Positions 29,836 through 40,300 of a stretch of 64,000 nucleotides of DNA are shown here, in pieces (the first letter of the stretch is position 1; the number at the start of each line of letters is the position of its first letter). Origin of the DNA: Gammaproteobacteria bacterium (GTDB lineage: Bacteria; Pseudomonadota; Gammaproteobacteria; JAJDYQ01). The notes below the pieces were generated by a model. It was not told where the DNA came from and searched no databases. It saw nothing but the letters and a program-made list of their open reading frames with translations. Location: NCBI GenBank assembly GCA_963662865.1, contig OY759969.1, forward strand, positions 1,424,565 to 1,488,564, in the 5' to 3' direction. Position numbers and translations under genes: made by a program.

Positions 29836-31053
29836 TCAAGCTATTCCTTGAGCCAATACAGCTTTTTTATGGTCATATACATGATCAGTTATACTGCCAT
29901 CTTTAATCTTTTCCACCACCTCATCAATAATAAAGAGCGGCACTAAAAACCATTCTTTGGGTGAAACAGGATTTCCGAATCTATCATCAATGGTTATATC
30001 TAGCTTTGCATTTTCAAAGAACCTGTGAAGAAGATTTTCCAGCTTTACTCGATTTATATTGAATAACTCGTAGGTTGCGACCACCTCTACATCAGCCATC
30101 AAAAACGTAGGATCAACCTTTGCATTTGCAATACGCTTTTCAACTTCTCCACCCGTTACACCAATTTTATGAATAACATCCCGACTTTTGTTCACAACCG
30201 GATGGTCTAGTTTGCTCCTCAGAACATAGATTGTTCCGCTCTCAGCGTCATCTTCACCAATTACATCATCGAATAATGACCCCGCTGAAAGAGAAACAAT
30301 TCTACGGCCAGCCTCATCTTCGTAGAGCGCCTTTTGAAGCGAGCGTAAAAGTAAATCACTTTCTGTACGGTTGTCATAAATTACGCGCAGCCTGTAGTCA
30401 TTCTTATCAAAGCCGTGATTTCGCTCTTTACTGAATTCAGCGACATATGCCTTTTGCCCATTGACTATAAACCAATCACCTTGCTCGATTTTCGCCATGT
30501 AATCACGATCTTTTTGATCTTTAAGCAACTGAGCTTCCACAAGCCCATGCTTTAAATCACTTTGAACCTTATCGAATAACGGTTTGAACTTGTCAAAGTC
30601 TTCGCAAGGAGTACGGTTTGCTATTTCTTCTGCCGCTTTTTTGTCTGCTTGAGACTTCACATGTTTCAGGTAAGTGATATCACCTTCTTTAGGTGCTTCG
30701 ACACCTAGCTCTGCCAATAACTCTTCATCTGTATTGTATTCGGCAGGCGGCTCAGCTACTAGCAAACCTCCAGCTAAAAGCCCTTGATGGTCAGTTTCTT
30801 CAACAAGATTTCGACACCCTTCCTTCTTTCGAATCTGATCAAGCCTTGTGGCGTACAAGCGTTCAAAGATATCTTTGTTCTCACCATGCTCTGGAGCATG
30901 CCCATGTTCTTCTACGAACCGCTGTATTTCCTCAAACCCTGCAATAATTCGCTCTTCTTTTGGTGTTCTGGCCGTTTTTTTCTCTTGCTTGATTTCTACA
31001 CCAAGCTCAGCCAACAGCTCTTTCTTGGTTTTACTTTGCTTTGCCTCAGCCAT
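29836..31053 (-). CDS. T5orf172 (GIY-YIG-like) domain protein, 405 aa (YeeC-like)
   Basis: The C-terminal domain carries the T5orf172 signature: TIYVLRS...IHKIGVTGGEVEKRI...LENLLHRFF...SPKEWFLV. The N-terminal half has two copies of an (E/K)ELLAELGVE-containing helical repeat. Its start overlaps the upstream helicase stop by 8 nt. Confidence 0.7.
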   Translation of the reverse strand: MAEAKQSKTKKELLAELGVEIKQEKKTARTPKEERIIAGFEEIQRFVEEHGHAPEHGENKDIFERLYATRLDQIRKKEGCRNLVEETDHQGLLAGGLLVAEPPAEYNTDEELLAELGVEAPKEGDITYLKHVKSQADKKAAEEIANRTPCEDFDKFKPLFDKVQSDLKHGLVEAQLLKDQKDRDYMAKIEQGDWFIVNGQKAYVAEFSKERNHGFDKNDYRLRVIYDNRTESDLLLRSLQKALYEDEAGRRIVSLSAGSLFDDVIGEDDAESGTIYVLRSKLDHPVVNKSRDVIHKIGVTGGEVEKRIANAKVDPTFLMADVEVVATYELFNINRVKLENLLHRFFENAKLDITIDDRFGNPVSPKEWFLVPLFIIDEVVEKIKDGSITDHVYDHKKAVLAQGIA

Positions 31054-33097
31054 TACTTTCCTCCATCACTTTACGTTGAAGGAAGGCAATACCTTCTGCC
31101 ATACGCTTTTCCCAAGGATCAGCTGCGGTGATCTCCGGTAAGCGCCCACGCTCCTTTTTGAACTTCAAAGCTCGTTCTGCAAGCTCCCGTGCCTCTTCTT
31201 CGGTAAGATTGATTTTTTTTGCTGCAATAACAGCAGCCACCTGCTTTAAGCTATCTTCAGTCATTGCTTTAGCGAGAATTGCATAGGCCTCGCTGAATGG
31301 ATTGATTCGGTCAATTAAATCAATGTCCAGATCAGTCACATTCATAGCATATTTTCTTACGCCGTCGATAAAGGCAGTACTGCCCCCACGCTCAATATCA
31401 TCATCTTGGCTAGCAATTTCTTTGGCTTTTTGAGTAAGGTTAAGCGCAGCAACAGCATGCTGCCTTACAGCCTCCTGATCTTCCGCATCTAGTTCTGGGT
31501 ATTTATCTTTAACGATTTTCCCCATACGTAACTGCGTTAATTCTTCAGGCACCATCTCTTCGTCAAACAGGCCTCGCTCAAGAGCGTTTTTGTCTTGAAC
31601 GAAAGCGGTAATTACTTCGTTCAAATCTTCCTGACAGATTCGCTGTGCATCTTTGCTTTTAGGCTCGAACAAGCCATTTATCTCTATCTGGAACTGCCCT
31701 GTAGAGGGGTTAAATCCCACATTATTGCCATTCGGATCATAACCATTCTCACCGTAGTCAAAGCCTTCTGCGGGGGTTCCTTGGCTATTTTTGGGTGTGA
31801 AGTTAAATTTAGGCGCTAACACCTGTTCCATAAGGAGGCTGGCAGCAATCGCTTTTAAAGTATCGTTAACTGCATCAGTGACAGCTTCCTCTGAAGCATC
31901 TGGCTCTGCAATCAAGTTAGTAAATCGAGAATGGGTTTTACCTTCAGCATCACGGGTTGCTCGACCGATAATCTGTATAATTTCAGTAAGGCTAGAGCGG
32001 TAGCCAACGGTTAGGGCATGCTCGCACCAAATCCAGTCAAAGCCTTCCTTCGCCATACCTAGCGCGATAATAATGTCGACATGATCTCGATTGCTTTTGG
32101 CTTCAGGAAGTTTTAACGAAGCGGAAACCTGATCACGCTTTGATGAATCATCAACCAAATCCGCTATCTTGAGTATTTTGCCACTTGTTGTTTTTACTAA
32201 TTGGAATCCAGTATCTAAATCTACACCCTGCCACTCGCCAAGCTCATCAATAATATGCTCAACTTCCGTGTTTTTACCACGCTTGGTGCTCTCACGAGAA
32301 TTCACATTGGGGATATGAATGATGGTTTTTTCGTTCGGGTCTAATACGTTCAAAATATCATCTGCGTATGAGTCGGAATAAAAGTAATACCCAATATCCA
32401 AGGTTTTTAGATATTCATAACCGTTAAGCTGTTCGTAGTAGGTATACGTGACCGTATCAAAGTTAGCTTCATCCTGTGGCGAAAGAACAGCTTTTGCATC
32501 ACCTCTAAAATATGAACCTGTCATTGCGACGAGATGTACTTTGTCACGGGCGATAAATTGCCCTAAATGAGCGCCGAGCTTATTGTCTGGGTTAGCGCTA
32601 ACATGGTGAAACTCATCTACGGCGATCAGGCAATCATCAAAGGCAGGCACGCCCAGGCGATCTACCGCAAAACGAAAGGTCGCATGGGTGCAAACCAATA
32701 TTTGATCATCCCCATCAAGAAAGACTTTTACTGAGTTGACTTTACCGCCACCTTCTCCGGGGGAATTACACAAATTCCATTTCGGCTCGACACTCCAATC
32801 CCAGTAGAACCCAAAGTCCGAAAGCGGCTCATTGTTAAAGCTGGCACCAATGGATTTTTCAGGAACTACGATAATGGCTTTTTTAACGCCTTGATTATTG
32901 AGCTTATCTAAAGCCACAAACATCAAAGCACGGCTCTTACCAGAAGCAGGGGGAGACTTGATAAGTAGATATTGCTCACCACGCTTTTCGTAAACGCGCT
33001 CTTGCATCACCAGCATACCTAGTTCATTGGGTTTTTTAGAACTCCCATTGCTGGCATAATTAACAGATACTGAGGGTATAGATTTATGTTCCGTCAT
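31046..33097 (-). CDS. SF2 DEAD/DEAH helicase, type III restriction Res-like (YeeB-like), 683 aa
   Basis: Walker A (SPPASGKS), DEFH (AVDEFHHV), QIIGRATR motif VI, plus a ~230-aa C-terminal extension. It lies between the methyltransferase and the T5orf172 gene with short gaps or overlaps. Confidence 0.75.
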   Translation of the reverse strand: MTEHKSIPSVSVNYASNGSSKKPNELGMLVMQERVYEKRGEQYLLIKSPPASGKSRALMFVALDKLNNQGVKKAIIVVPEKSIGASFNNEPLSDFGFYWDWSVEPKWNLCNSPGEGGGKVNSVKVFLDGDDQILVCTHATFRFAVDRLGVPAFDDCLIAVDEFHHVSANPDNKLGAHLGQFIARDKVHLVAMTGSYFRGDAKAVLSPQDEANFDTVTYTYYEQLNGYEYLKTLDIGYYFYSDSYADDILNVLDPNEKTIIHIPNVNSRESTKRGKNTEVEHIIDELGEWQGVDLDTGFQLVKTTSGKILKIADLVDDSSKRDQVSASLKLPEAKSNRDHVDIIIALGMAKEGFDWIWCEHALTVGYRSSLTEIIQIIGRATRDAEGKTHSRFTNLIAEPDASEEAVTDAVNDTLKAIAASLLMEQVLAPKFNFTPKNSQGTPAEGFDYGENGYDPNGNNVGFNPSTGQFQIEINGLFEPKSKDAQRICQEDLNEVITAFVQDKNALERGLFDEEMVPEELTQLRMGKIVKDKYPELDAEDQEAVRQHAVAALNLTQKAKEIASQDDDIERGGSTAFIDGVRKYAMNVTDLDIDLIDRINPFSEAYAILAKAMTEDSLKQVAAVIAAKKINLTEEEARELAERALKFKKERGRLPEITAADPWEKRMAEGIAFLQRKVMEESNG

Positions 33098-33099
33098 GC

Positions 33100-35874
33100 T
33101 CAGGATACCTTTTTCTTAGAGTTGGAAGTGGATTTGGTCATTTTTGTATAGAGATCAAAAAGCTTTTCAAGGCGCTCAGTGTCATTCTTAAAACGACGAC
33201 CGATGTAAATGCGCTCTAGTACTTCATCATTACGCTCATGTGCCCTACGTAAATCGTCGAGCATTTTTTCAGGGTCATAAAGATCAGCAATTGTTGCAGG
33301 AAAATGAGCTTCGCGGGCTAAAAGAATATCTTCAGCAGATTTCGTTAAGTCTTCTTTATTTTTTACAGTCAGCTTAGGAACAGGAAAAGTGTTCCAGCCG
33401 AGGGTATTGGAATAGTTAAAACGCATTTCCAATCGCCCGCAGACCGTACCAATCCATACCCAATGAACACGTGAGGTAATAAGTGAAAAATTCCATAAAG
33501 GCGCGTCATACATCGCAAAGTTACGGTTACCAACTATTGAATCACCTTCGATATAACCTACTGGCAAAAAATTTCTGTTTTCTGAGCTAACACAAGGAAC
33601 AACTATGACACTAGAGCATTTCTGATATCGGATTTCACCGAATTTATGAGGTGTACTTGCGACTGCGACTGTTTGAGATTTGGAACTTGTAGACCGCATA
33701 TTTTTAACAATTTCAAATCTATCTTCTATTGACTTTAGACGTCTCGCTTCTGCGACATTCTGATCATCGACCCATAAGCAATATCGTTGCTTTCCGTTTA
33801 TAAGCTCCTCTGAACCGATAAATTTGCGAATAAATTTACATACAGCTTCTCGCGACTCACGCTCTATTAAGCTTACGTCCGAACTATCCAGCAACAACCC
33901 CCCACCATCAGTAGGCTTGCTTCCCCAAACCATAGCCCCCCTATCATCTCCAGCCTTCAATACTGGATAAACAATTATATTAGGTGCTGCTATCAAATAA
34001 GCATTTATGTTATTTACCTTCTTTTCTATGGACTCACCATCGTCGGAGATTGAAAATAGGCGTCGCGCCTTACCAGCTTTATTTGATATCCCGACGATCA
34101 CAACGGTAATGCCTGCATTGTGACTAGCCAAATTAGCCCACTTGAAAGAAGTATGTGCAAAAGATATCTCATACCCTGACGAAAAAATCAAAGGCCACAA
34201 TATGAATACTTGCTCTCCTTGGTTTATTGAATTTGTCGATACGAACGCTGATACGGCATCTGTTTTTGTTCCGAAGTCTGCTGCTTTCATGAACCAACCA
34301 GCTACATAATCTAATGACTTCCATTTTTTTGTACGGTGAGAGAAGATATCTTTCAAATCAGATTTTTGCTCTTTGGATTGCCGAGCTTTACCGATATATG
34401 GTGGATTACCACAAATATAAGTTTCGCTTCCTTCATTTTCGAAGTCGATTTCAGCTTGGTCTAGCGGAGAACTGAATAGGTCATCAGCTTGAAGCTTAAC
34501 GCCTAGCCCAGTAGGGGGACATATACTGAACCAATTAAGCCGAAGTGCATTACCGCAAATAATCCAATTCTTTGCATCGAGGGGCAGGAATTCTACTAAC
34601 GCCTCTTTCTGCCCCAGATAGAGAACATCGCATTGGTATTCGGCAATAATTAGAGCGAGACGCGCAATTTCTGCCGGAAAGTCTCGGAGCTCTATACCGC
34701 GATAGTTGGTCAATGGAATATCTGACTTCCTACCAGATTCACCTCTACGTTTATTTATCTCGGCTTCAATGGCTCGCATTTCTTTGTAAGAAATAACGAG
34801 GAAATTTCCCGATCCGCAGGCAGGATCAAAAACTCGGATTTTCGCCATGCGTTTGCGAAGATTGAGCAGCTTTTGAGGACTATCACCAGCCTCTTCAAGC
34901 CTTGCTCTGAGGTCATCCAGAAAGAGTGGATTTAAGACTTTGAGAATGTTTGGAACGGATGTGTAATGAAGCCCTAGCGCGCCACGCTCTTCTTCGTCAG
35001 TTACGGCTTGGATCATTGAGCCAAAGATATCTGGATTGATTTTCGTCCAGTTCAAATTCCCGATATGAATAAGATAAGACCGAGCAATCTTACTAAAGCT
35101 CGGCACATCAGTATTGCCAGAAAATAGGTCACCATTCACGTAGGGGAAGGTATCAGCCCATCCAGGTAACTTAGCGCTTGCTCTTTTTTCAATGGCGGTA
35201 TCCATTGCACGGAATATTTCACTCATAACTTCATGAGTATTTGAGGAGTCCCGCACACTCATTTGCTCAATGGTTTTGGTGAAGAGCCCTTCACCATTGA
35301 AGATATCGGTATCTTCTGCAAAGAAACAGAAAATCAGGCGCGCCATAAAGTGATTCATATCATGACGGCGCTCTGCTGTACCCCAATCAGGGTTATTTCT
35401 TAGCAGCTCAACATAGAGTTTGTTTAAGCGGCTGGTGGCGCGAATATCAAAGGAACTTTCACGGATTTGTTTAACCGTGCTTATACCAGCCAACGGCAGG
35501 AAAAAACCAAAGTGATTAGGGAAGTCACTATAGTCACAGGCAACTGTTTCGCCTGAAGCAATCTCTTCAGCTTCAAAATTTACGCCGTCTGTTGCCAGAA
35601 TGAATTGGGCTTTAGCCTTGGTAGTCGCAGAGCTATCCTTGAGTCTATTTAGGGTGGCAGAAACCTCACCCTCTTCGCACGCTAGAATATGAATATTGCT
35701 GCGCTGTAAAACCCCACCATCAATATCGGAAGCATTAGTGGAGTCACTCTTCAGGCGCTTAATAGTGGTCGCCTTGTTGCCGAATGCTTCCAAGAAGGCA
35801 TAGGGGAAGCTAGCCGCATCAAAAGCTTGCTTGGCTAAATTACTTATCGCTTCTTCTATCTCAACAGCGTTCAA
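33100..35874 (-). CDS. Gamma-class N6-adenine DNA methyltransferase of the MmeI/PglX-like (type IIG/IIL-like) family, 924 aa (YeeA-like)
   Basis: SAM motif I (FDPACGSGNFLV) and catalytic motif IV (YICGNPPYIGK). Family-typical blocks are LIFCFFAEDT, FPYVNGDLF, FVSTNSINQGEQV, KPTDGG, CLWVDD, SSENRNFLPVGY, GRLEMRFNYS, NTFP, LYDP..M..L..AHE..D. A C-terminal TRD-like region is present. The N-terminal ~150 aa lack a clear D-x-ExK nuclease motif. Confidence 0.8.
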   Translation of the reverse strand: MNAVEIEEAISNLAKQAFDAASFPYAFLEAFGNKATTIKRLKSDSTNASDIDGGVLQRSNIHILACEEGEVSATLNRLKDSSATTKAKAQFILATDGVNFEAEEIASGETVACDYSDFPNHFGFFLPLAGISTVKQIRESSFDIRATSRLNKLYVELLRNNPDWGTAERRHDMNHFMARLIFCFFAEDTDIFNGEGLFTKTIEQMSVRDSSNTHEVMSEIFRAMDTAIEKRASAKLPGWADTFPYVNGDLFSGNTDVPSFSKIARSYLIHIGNLNWTKINPDIFGSMIQAVTDEEERGALGLHYTSVPNILKVLNPLFLDDLRARLEEAGDSPQKLLNLRKRMAKIRVFDPACGSGNFLVISYKEMRAIEAEINKRRGESGRKSDIPLTNYRGIELRDFPAEIARLALIIAEYQCDVLYLGQKEALVEFLPLDAKNWIICGNALRLNWFSICPPTGLGVKLQADDLFSSPLDQAEIDFENEGSETYICGNPPYIGKARQSKEQKSDLKDIFSHRTKKWKSLDYVAGWFMKAADFGTKTDAVSAFVSTNSINQGEQVFILWPLIFSSGYEISFAHTSFKWANLASHNAGITVVIVGISNKAGKARRLFSISDDGESIEKKVNNINAYLIAAPNIIVYPVLKAGDDRGAMVWGSKPTDGGGLLLDSSDVSLIERESREAVCKFIRKFIGSEELINGKQRYCLWVDDQNVAEARRLKSIEDRFEIVKNMRSTSSKSQTVAVASTPHKFGEIRYQKCSSVIVVPCVSSENRNFLPVGYIEGDSIVGNRNFAMYDAPLWNFSLITSRVHWVWIGTVCGRLEMRFNYSNTLGWNTFPVPKLTVKNKEDLTKSAEDILLAREAHFPATIADLYDPEKMLDDLRRAHERNDEVLERIYIGRRFKNDTERLEKLFDLYTKMTKSTSNSKKKVS

Positions 35875-35880
35875 CGAAAA

Positions 35881-36183
35881 TCACCCTTTCTGCCCATTCT
35901 TACCACTACCCGTCTTCTGACTGTTTATCCAACTCTGGACATCTTCTCGCCTGAAACGCCAGCTACCACCCACCTTAGAACCGGGCAATTTACCTTCAGC
36001 AGCAAGGCGATAAGCCGTTTTTTCAGCTAATTTAAGATATTCTGCAACCTCTTTTTTGACCAGACCAACATCATAACAGCGATTTAGCGCCAGATTGACC
36101 TGGGATTTACTGATTCCTGTCTCCTGCTCCAGGGGCTGGGCGGTATAGCGCGAGGATTCCGCTTCCTCCTTTTGCAGGGCCAC
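35881..36183 (-). CDS. Excisionase/AlpA-type helix-turn-helix protein, 100 aa (candidate regulator of the downstream module)
   Basis: C-terminal motif LPGSKVGGSWRFRREDVQSWI is typical of the excisionase-family HTH. It ends 6 nt before the methyltransferase start. Its start overlaps the toxin stop. Confidence 0.5.
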   Translation of the reverse strand: MALQKEEAESSRYTAQPLEQETGISKSQVNLALNRCYDVGLVKKEVAEYLKLAEKTAYRLAAEGKLPGSKVGGSWRFRREDVQSWINSQKTGSGKNGQKG

Positions 36184-36437
36184 TAGTTAGTGACCAGAAT
36201 AATCTTCCCGTCTTGCATCTCCAGCTCCAGCACAATCCGATAACTCATATTGATCGAAACTGACGATAGATCCTTCAGGCGACCTTCCAGGCTGTGCAGC
36301 CTTAATAAGGGGTGGTAAGGGTCTAACTCCAGCAGTTCGAGTGTTTTCCTGTATTGGTTGTGTATCTCTGGATGCTTCCGCAAGAATTTCTTGGCGCGCC
36401 TGATATAGCTATACGGGTATATCAGTGTGTATGGCAT
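36183..36437 (-). CDS. Type II toxin, RelE/ParE superfamily
   Basis: 84 aa. HSLEGRLKDLSSVSINMSYRIVLEL...IILV matches the RelE/ParE core (H.L.G.L...S..I...YRI). Its start overlaps the upstream antitoxin stop by 1 nt. Confidence 0.6.
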   Translation of the reverse strand: MPYTLIYPYSYIRRAKKFLRKHPEIHNQYRKTLELLELDPYHPLLRLHSLEGRLKDLSSVSINMSYRIVLELEMQDGKIILVTN

Positions 36438-36688
36438 CAGCCCAGTACTCGCTTCATATGCTCATCTACGCTTCCGGTTTTGTAGTTACCGTTGGCTATA
36501 TCGCTACGGGCTTCCTGGAGAGCGATATCCAGCTCGTATTCGCGCAGTTTGTTGTAGGTATTGAAGTCGAGAACAACGTACTTACGTTCGCCGCGCACAG
36601 TAATGACGGCTTCCTCGTCCTGCTGGAGGGCGGATTCGACAACGGATACGCCTTTGGTCTTGAGATCGCTGGCGGTGATGCTGGTCAT
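36437..36688 (-). CDS. Type II antitoxin, Phd/YefM family
   Basis: 83 aa. The N-terminus (MTSITASDLKTK...VITVRGERKYVVLDFNTYNKL) is the Phd/YefM fold. It sits immediately upstream of the RelE/ParE gene. Confidence 0.6.
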   Translation of the reverse strand: MTSITASDLKTKGVSVVESALQQDEEAVITVRGERKYVVLDFNTYNKLREYELDIALQEARSDIANGNYKTGSVDEHMKRVLG

Positions 36689-36996
36689 GAGTTGACCCCC
36701 AATAAAGCTATCAATCGTGCTTTTAATAGTACTCTATATGGTACAGTTTGGCCAGTTTTAGAGAGTGCTAACAGTGCTGCCCCTGTTTTGTGGTGCAAGG
36801 TGTGCTCATTTTTCCCGACTATTGAGAGGGTGCGCTTTATATCTGCTCAAAAACGGTATTTTATGAGAAGGCTAAACATATCGATATAAGATGCCTAATG
36901 TGTCGATAGCATCGACATTATCATGCGTGAGTTGGGCTTGAGGTTGGCAAGGAGGGGTTGGTAAATCAAGGGGCAGATGTGCAGTTGCTTATTCTT

Positions 36997-37230
36997 CTAT
37001 ATTCCCTTATTCTCTGGTGTCGTTGACCTGAGCGAAATAAACAAATCAACGTCTGTAGATAGGTTGTTAGCTGTCTCTTTAGCGAAGGACCCGGAGAATT
37101 CCCAACTGGAGAGATAAGCTCCAGCCCATTGACAAATCGAAGGCACAACTGCATTCGCCGCAGCTTTTGCCGAGTCGTAGTTGACAGCATACTTAGCAAG
37201 TACCGATTGAACGTATTGATCTTCGGTCAC
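36997..37230 (-). pseudogene. Truncated minimal nucleotidyltransferase (pol-beta superfamily/MNT-like) remnant, 77 aa
   Basis: It has the GS-x(n)-DxD nucleotidyltransferase motif: FSGSFAKETANNLSTDVDLFISL. The ORF ends after ~30 more residues, shorter than typical 95-140-aa MNT proteins. No HEPN partner is evident. Confidence 0.3.
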
Positions 37231-37312
37231 CGCAAATCTCCGCTTGACTGCATAGACAGGCTCCTGCGAGCACTAATAAGCAGATGCGCAAACACCATAT
37301 TTACCAATTCTA

Positions 37313-40300
37313 TCAATGCACCGCTCCCGACTGAGCTGCCCACTTACTGTTATTAATAGCCAGATCAAGCGTCAGCTCGAATAGCGCGTCTCGCTTTTCC
37401 TTGAATAGCTCTTTGTCATAGCTATCCTCCGGAAGATGCTCATCGAGGACCTTGCCAACCCGATCTCTCACACGTAGACGGGTGTCACTGGTCTTATACC
37501 AATCCTGCACCAACACCTTCGGTTTCTCCTCGGTCAGGCGCTTCAGTAAAGCCTTGGCGGCCAGGCGAAGTGTTTGCTCCTCGGCCTTGGTCATCTTGTC
37601 TTTGCGGAGCAGGTCATAGATCTCGAGCTCATCTTCGGTGAGCCCTTCCCGGATGTGCCGCTCGTTTTCTTCTTTCAGGTCCTGCGCGAATTTCACCAGC
37701 TCGGCGAAGGCGGCATCGGCTGAGGTGCTGCCGGCGTTGTAGTTGTCGATGATGTCTTGCAGGCGTTCGGCAAAATCGCGGCGGGTGCGGTTCTGGTTGA
37801 GCATGTCATTAAGTTTTTTCTCAAGAAAGGCCCGGAGGTCGGCAATCTCAATGTTCTTGTAGCTAGCCTGTTTGAAGTCTTTTTTGAGCTTATCGAAATC
37901 GACTTTACTGAGATCCCAGCCCTGCCCCTTCTGCTCAATTTTGTAACCGACCTTGCCCTCTTTAACGCCCTTGAAGTCCGCATCATCAACAATCACGCTT
38001 TCATCTAGCAGTTCGTTGATCTGCTTGACGGCTGAGTCGATGTCCTGCTGCTCGATGATGCTGTCGACCACGCCGCACAGATACTGGAATACGACTACTT
38101 TACGGACCACCGGCTGGCCGAGTACCTCGGGCTTACTGGCCTCGTAGAGCGCTGAGATGGTGTTCTGATAAACCTTGAAAGACTTACGCCACTCATCTTT
38201 AGTCAACAGCTGATCAGCCCAGGTTTTGAACAGCCCTACTTTGGTGAAGATGTCACCGGTTGCCAACGCTTCATCAATATCGATGTCCCGCTCGGCACAA
38301 AAGACCGTGCCCTGTTCAATCGCTTCGTCGAGTAAGCGAAACAGTTCGTCTTTATCTTTCACCGGCGGATCGTCGGTACCTGCATCGCCCTGGCCGTAGT
38401 CCTTGATGGCCTTTTTCAGCCGCCCGATGACGCCGTAGTAGTCAACGATCTCGCCGTTCTTTTTCTCAACACCGTTAATTCGGTAGGAACACACACGGTT
38501 GGCTCGGGCGATGGTCTGCATCAGCGTGTGGTCTTTCTGCGGCTTGTCGAGGTACAGCGTTGACACGGTCGGTGCATCGAACCCGGTCAGCCACATGGCA
38601 CAGACAAACACGAGCTGCAGCGGGTGCTCGGGGTCTTTGAAGTTGTACTCGAGATCATGGCCGTGCTCATCGACGTGTTCCATGCGCTTGCGGTGCGGTC
38701 GCATGTCGAGGTCCTGCTCGTCGAACTTCTCTTCTTCGCCGTTCTCGGCACTGACGACTACGGCCATTTCGACCTTGCGCATATAGTCGATCGTCTTCTT
38801 GAGCCGGGCTTTATGAACTTCATCCTGTGACGTCTTAAGCTCGCCGCGCAGCTTCTTAATCTCCTGCTTCCATCGCAGCTTTACTTTGTCGTGCATCTTC
38901 ACCGCCGTGAACTTGTCCACGGCGATCACCATGCCTTTACCCAAATAACCCCGGCGCGGGAAGTGAAAGACGATGTCATCGGCGATGGTGTCCAGGCGGT
39001 CATCCCGCTTGATCACCTCGAGCTCGCTGGCGAACTTGCGCTCCAGCTTCTCCTGCTGGGCGTCATCGAGGTTCTCGTCCTCGAGAATCTCGCAGAACTC
39101 CTCGCTCAGGTCTTCGTTCTGGTTCAGCACCTTGGGCACACGCTTCTTATAAAAGAGTGGCACGGTGGTGCCGTCGTCCATCGACTGGCTGAAGTTGTAC
39201 TCAGAGACGTATTCGCCAAACCATTCGTTGGTCTTGCGGTCGCGGCCCAGCAATGGTGTACCGGTAAAGGCCAAATACTGGGCCTTGGGCAGAGCCGCCC
39301 GCAGGTTCTCGGCCAGTGACTTGTATTGGGTGCGATGGGCCTCGTCGACAATGACGATGATGTCGTCGCGATTGGACAGCAACGGATAGTCCTGACCTTT
39401 CGGCCAGCGAAATTTCTGAATCAGCGTAAACACCAGCCGCTTGTTCTGCCCGAGGAAGGTACGCATCTGCTCGCTGTCCTTCGGCTGTGCGGCATCGGAC
39501 TTTTTGACGGTGTTGGTGTTGAGGAAATTGCGGTAGATCTGACCGTCGAGATCGTCCCGATCGGTAATTACTACGAAACTGTAGTTACCCTGGCATTTGC
39601 GGAAGATCTTCCGCGCATAGAAAATCATCGAGAAACTTTTACCCGAGCCCTGGGTGTGCCAGAACACACCGAGCTTGCCGCCGAATTCCTCGCGGCGCAG
39701 GAATTTGTCGAAGCCCTTGTTCACACCGATGAACTGATGGTTCTGGGCGATGATCTTCTGCGTCTCTTTGTGATAGATGACGAAGTTCTCGATGTAGTCG
39801 AGCAGCTTGTCATGCGGACACAGGCCGGCGAGAAAACGCTCCGCGCTGGTGCCGTTCTCGCTGATCTGCTCGCGCTTGATCTTTTCCTTCTCGTCGTCGG
39901 GGCGGAGCCAGTGGAAGAAATGCTCCCACTCGGCCGTCAGGCTGCCGACGCGCGTTTCGATACCATTGGAGAACACACACAGCGCGTTGGCGAGGAACAG
40001 CTGCGGGATATCGGCCTTGTAGTTGGTCAGGTTGTCGTCGTAAGCCGAGCGCAGTTTGATGTTGGAGTTTTTCAGCTCGATGAACACCAGCGGCAGTCCG
40101 TTGATGTAGAGCAGAATATCCGGGCGCCGATAGCTCGCCTTGGCCGCCGCACTCGTGCTCTGAATCCACAACTGAGTGACGGCTAGAAACTGGTTGTGCG
40201 GTGAGGCGGGGTCATTGAAATCGATGACCTTGACTCGTTCCTTGCGGTTTCGGCCTTGCTCATCTTTGAACTCGACCCGCACGCCGTCGCGAATCTGGCC

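Noticed and set aside
36425-36889. 154-aa plus-strand ORF
   Set aside because: Antisense to the Phd/YefM-RelE/ParE pair. The TA genes have clear family motifs and operon overlap.
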